Below, piece by piece: positions 62,791 to 64,000 of a DNA stretch of 64,000 nucleotides; within the stretch, counting starts at the first letter, position 1; every line of letters starts with the position of its first letter. Below the pieces are notes generated by a model that saw only the letters and a program-made list of their open reading frames with translations, had not been told where the DNA came from and did not search any database. Source of the DNA: an uncultured Clostridia bacterium (GTDB lineage: Bacteria; Bacillota; Clostridia; TANB77; CAG-508); the NCBI GenBank assembly GCA_944386165.1, contig CALXAA010000007.1:7984-71983 (forward strand), in the 5' to 3' direction. The translations under genes and the position numbers were made by a program.

Positions 62791-63294
62791 TTATTGTAGT
62801 TCTTTTTTACTGTTTTGAATAGTTTTTATTGTCCCTTCTAATGACATTTGCATCATGTTTGCTGCTTCACTAATATCTTTTTCAAGTTTTGCAAGAGCAT
62901 CTGTTAACACACCTTCTGTTGAATTTAATAAACTATTAGCATATTCTTTTGTTCCTTGAGATATTTCTCTTGACATTTCATTTGCTGTTTCAATTATTTC
63001 GGCTTTTTGTTCATATGCTTTTCTTGTAATTTCATGTTCATCTATCATTGCAATAATTCTGTTTTCTGCTTCTTTAACAATTCCATCTGCTTCCTTTTGA
63101 GCTTCAGCTAATATTCTTTGTCTTTCTTCTTTTACCCATTTTGCTTGTTTCAACTCATCTGGTAATTTAATTCTAATTTCTTTAATTATATCAAGCAATT
63201 CTTCTTTATCTACTAAAGTTTTGCTTGTGAATGGTAAGCTTTTACCATTTTCTAATATATCTTCTAATGTTTCTAATAATGTAAATATCTCCAT
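62791..63294 (-). CDS. DivIVA-like coiled-coil protein usually found downstream of rsmD-coaD
   Basis: LPDELKQAKW, ILAEAQKEA heptad repeats. Confidence 0.7.
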   Translation of the reverse strand: MEIFTLLETLEDILENGKSLPFTSKTLVDKEELLDIIKEIRIKLPDELKQAKWVKEERQRILAEAQKEADGIVKEAENRIIAMIDEHEITRKAYEQKAEIIETANEMSREISQGTKEYANSLLNSTEGVLTDALAKLEKDISEAANMMQMSLEGTIKTIQNSKKELQ

Positions 63295-63307
63295 ATCTTA
63301 CCCCTTT

Positions 63308-63871
63308 CTAGGTATCAGTTCCAATGTATTTTAAGAATATTATAGTTGCTCTTCCATATTTTCTTTTATCAACAACTTCAACATTTTTATTTTCAATTTG
63401 TTTTAATATTCTCTTTTCATCATCTGTTTCTATAATTATTTTTGTATTAATGCTAATTAATTTATATTTTATTATTTCATTTATTGCAATTTCAACATAG
63501 TCTGTTACATATGGCGGGTCAATATAAATAATATCAAATTTTTGATTGTGCATTTTTTTTATTAATACTTTAAAGTCCATATTATATATTTCTGCTTTTT
63601 CTTGTAGATGTGTTTTTTGAGCATTTTTTGTAATTATTTGTATTGCTTCTTTTGATTTATCACAAAGTACTGCTTTTCTTGCTCCTCTACTTAAGAATTC
63701 TAATCCTATTGCACCACTTCCTGAGAATAAGTCTAAAACTGTTGAACCTTCAATTTCATTTTGTATAATATTAAATATTGATTCTTTTACTCTGTCTAAA
63801 GTTGGCCTTGTTTCTAGTCCTTCAAGTGTATATAATTTTGTTCCTCTTGCTGTTCCGCTTATTATTCTCAT
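63308..63871 (-). CDS. rsmD: 16S rRNA (guanine966-N2)-methyltransferase
   Basis: MRIISG, TRPTLDRVKESIFN, LDLFSGSG, DPPY. Confidence 0.95.
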   Translation of the reverse strand: MRIISGTARGTKLYTLEGLETRPTLDRVKESIFNIIQNEIEGSTVLDLFSGSGAIGLEFLSRGARKAVLCDKSKEAIQIITKNAQKTHLQEKAEIYNMDFKVLIKKMHNQKFDIIYIDPPYVTDYVEIAINEIIKYKLISINTKIIIETDDEKRILKQIENKNVEVVDKRKYGRATIIFLKYIGTDT

Positions 63872-64000
63872 ACTTCTTTGGATTTTACCTTTCTTAAGCA
63901 ATTTTATATATAACATTATTTTATACTTTTTTTGCATAATGTCAATAGTATTAACGAAATTGTAACATACATTTAACATTTTCGTAATATTTGTAATTTG

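Overview
Very AT-rich bacterial chromosome segment. Gene content and sigma-A promoters point to a Clostridia-type Bacillota (inferred). Almost all genes are on the minus strand. 1-24.5 kb is an accessory envelope-stress/resistance block: a BceRS-BceAB-like module, a second two-component system with an FtsX/LolD-type ABC transporter, NatAB-like and other ABC pumps, SdpR/SdpI, and a divergent vanRS / D-Ala-D-Ser ligase-vanTm-vanTr-vanZ cluster lacking vanXY. 24.6-64 kb is mostly housekeeping: dtd, gpsA, plsY, der, pyk, the S10-spc r-protein operon without rpmD, trmL, dnaE, rpsF-ssb-rpsR, tRNA-Gly, ruvB, ftsK and rsmD, plus one higher-GC orphan gene. The main finding is in the ABC operon at 5641-8262, which is broken three times in the same way. 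An in-frame CGG codon is followed by a +1 shift onto a Gly codon (TCA C GGT, ATT C GGT, ATT C GGA). Skipping that C restores a complete 225-aa ATPase and a 642-aa permease with no other damage. My manual scan found no in-frame CGG in any intact host-like gene. This suggests that CGG acts as a +1 frameshift (4-base Gly) signal in this lineage; assembly error or pseudogenisation still need to be excluded.
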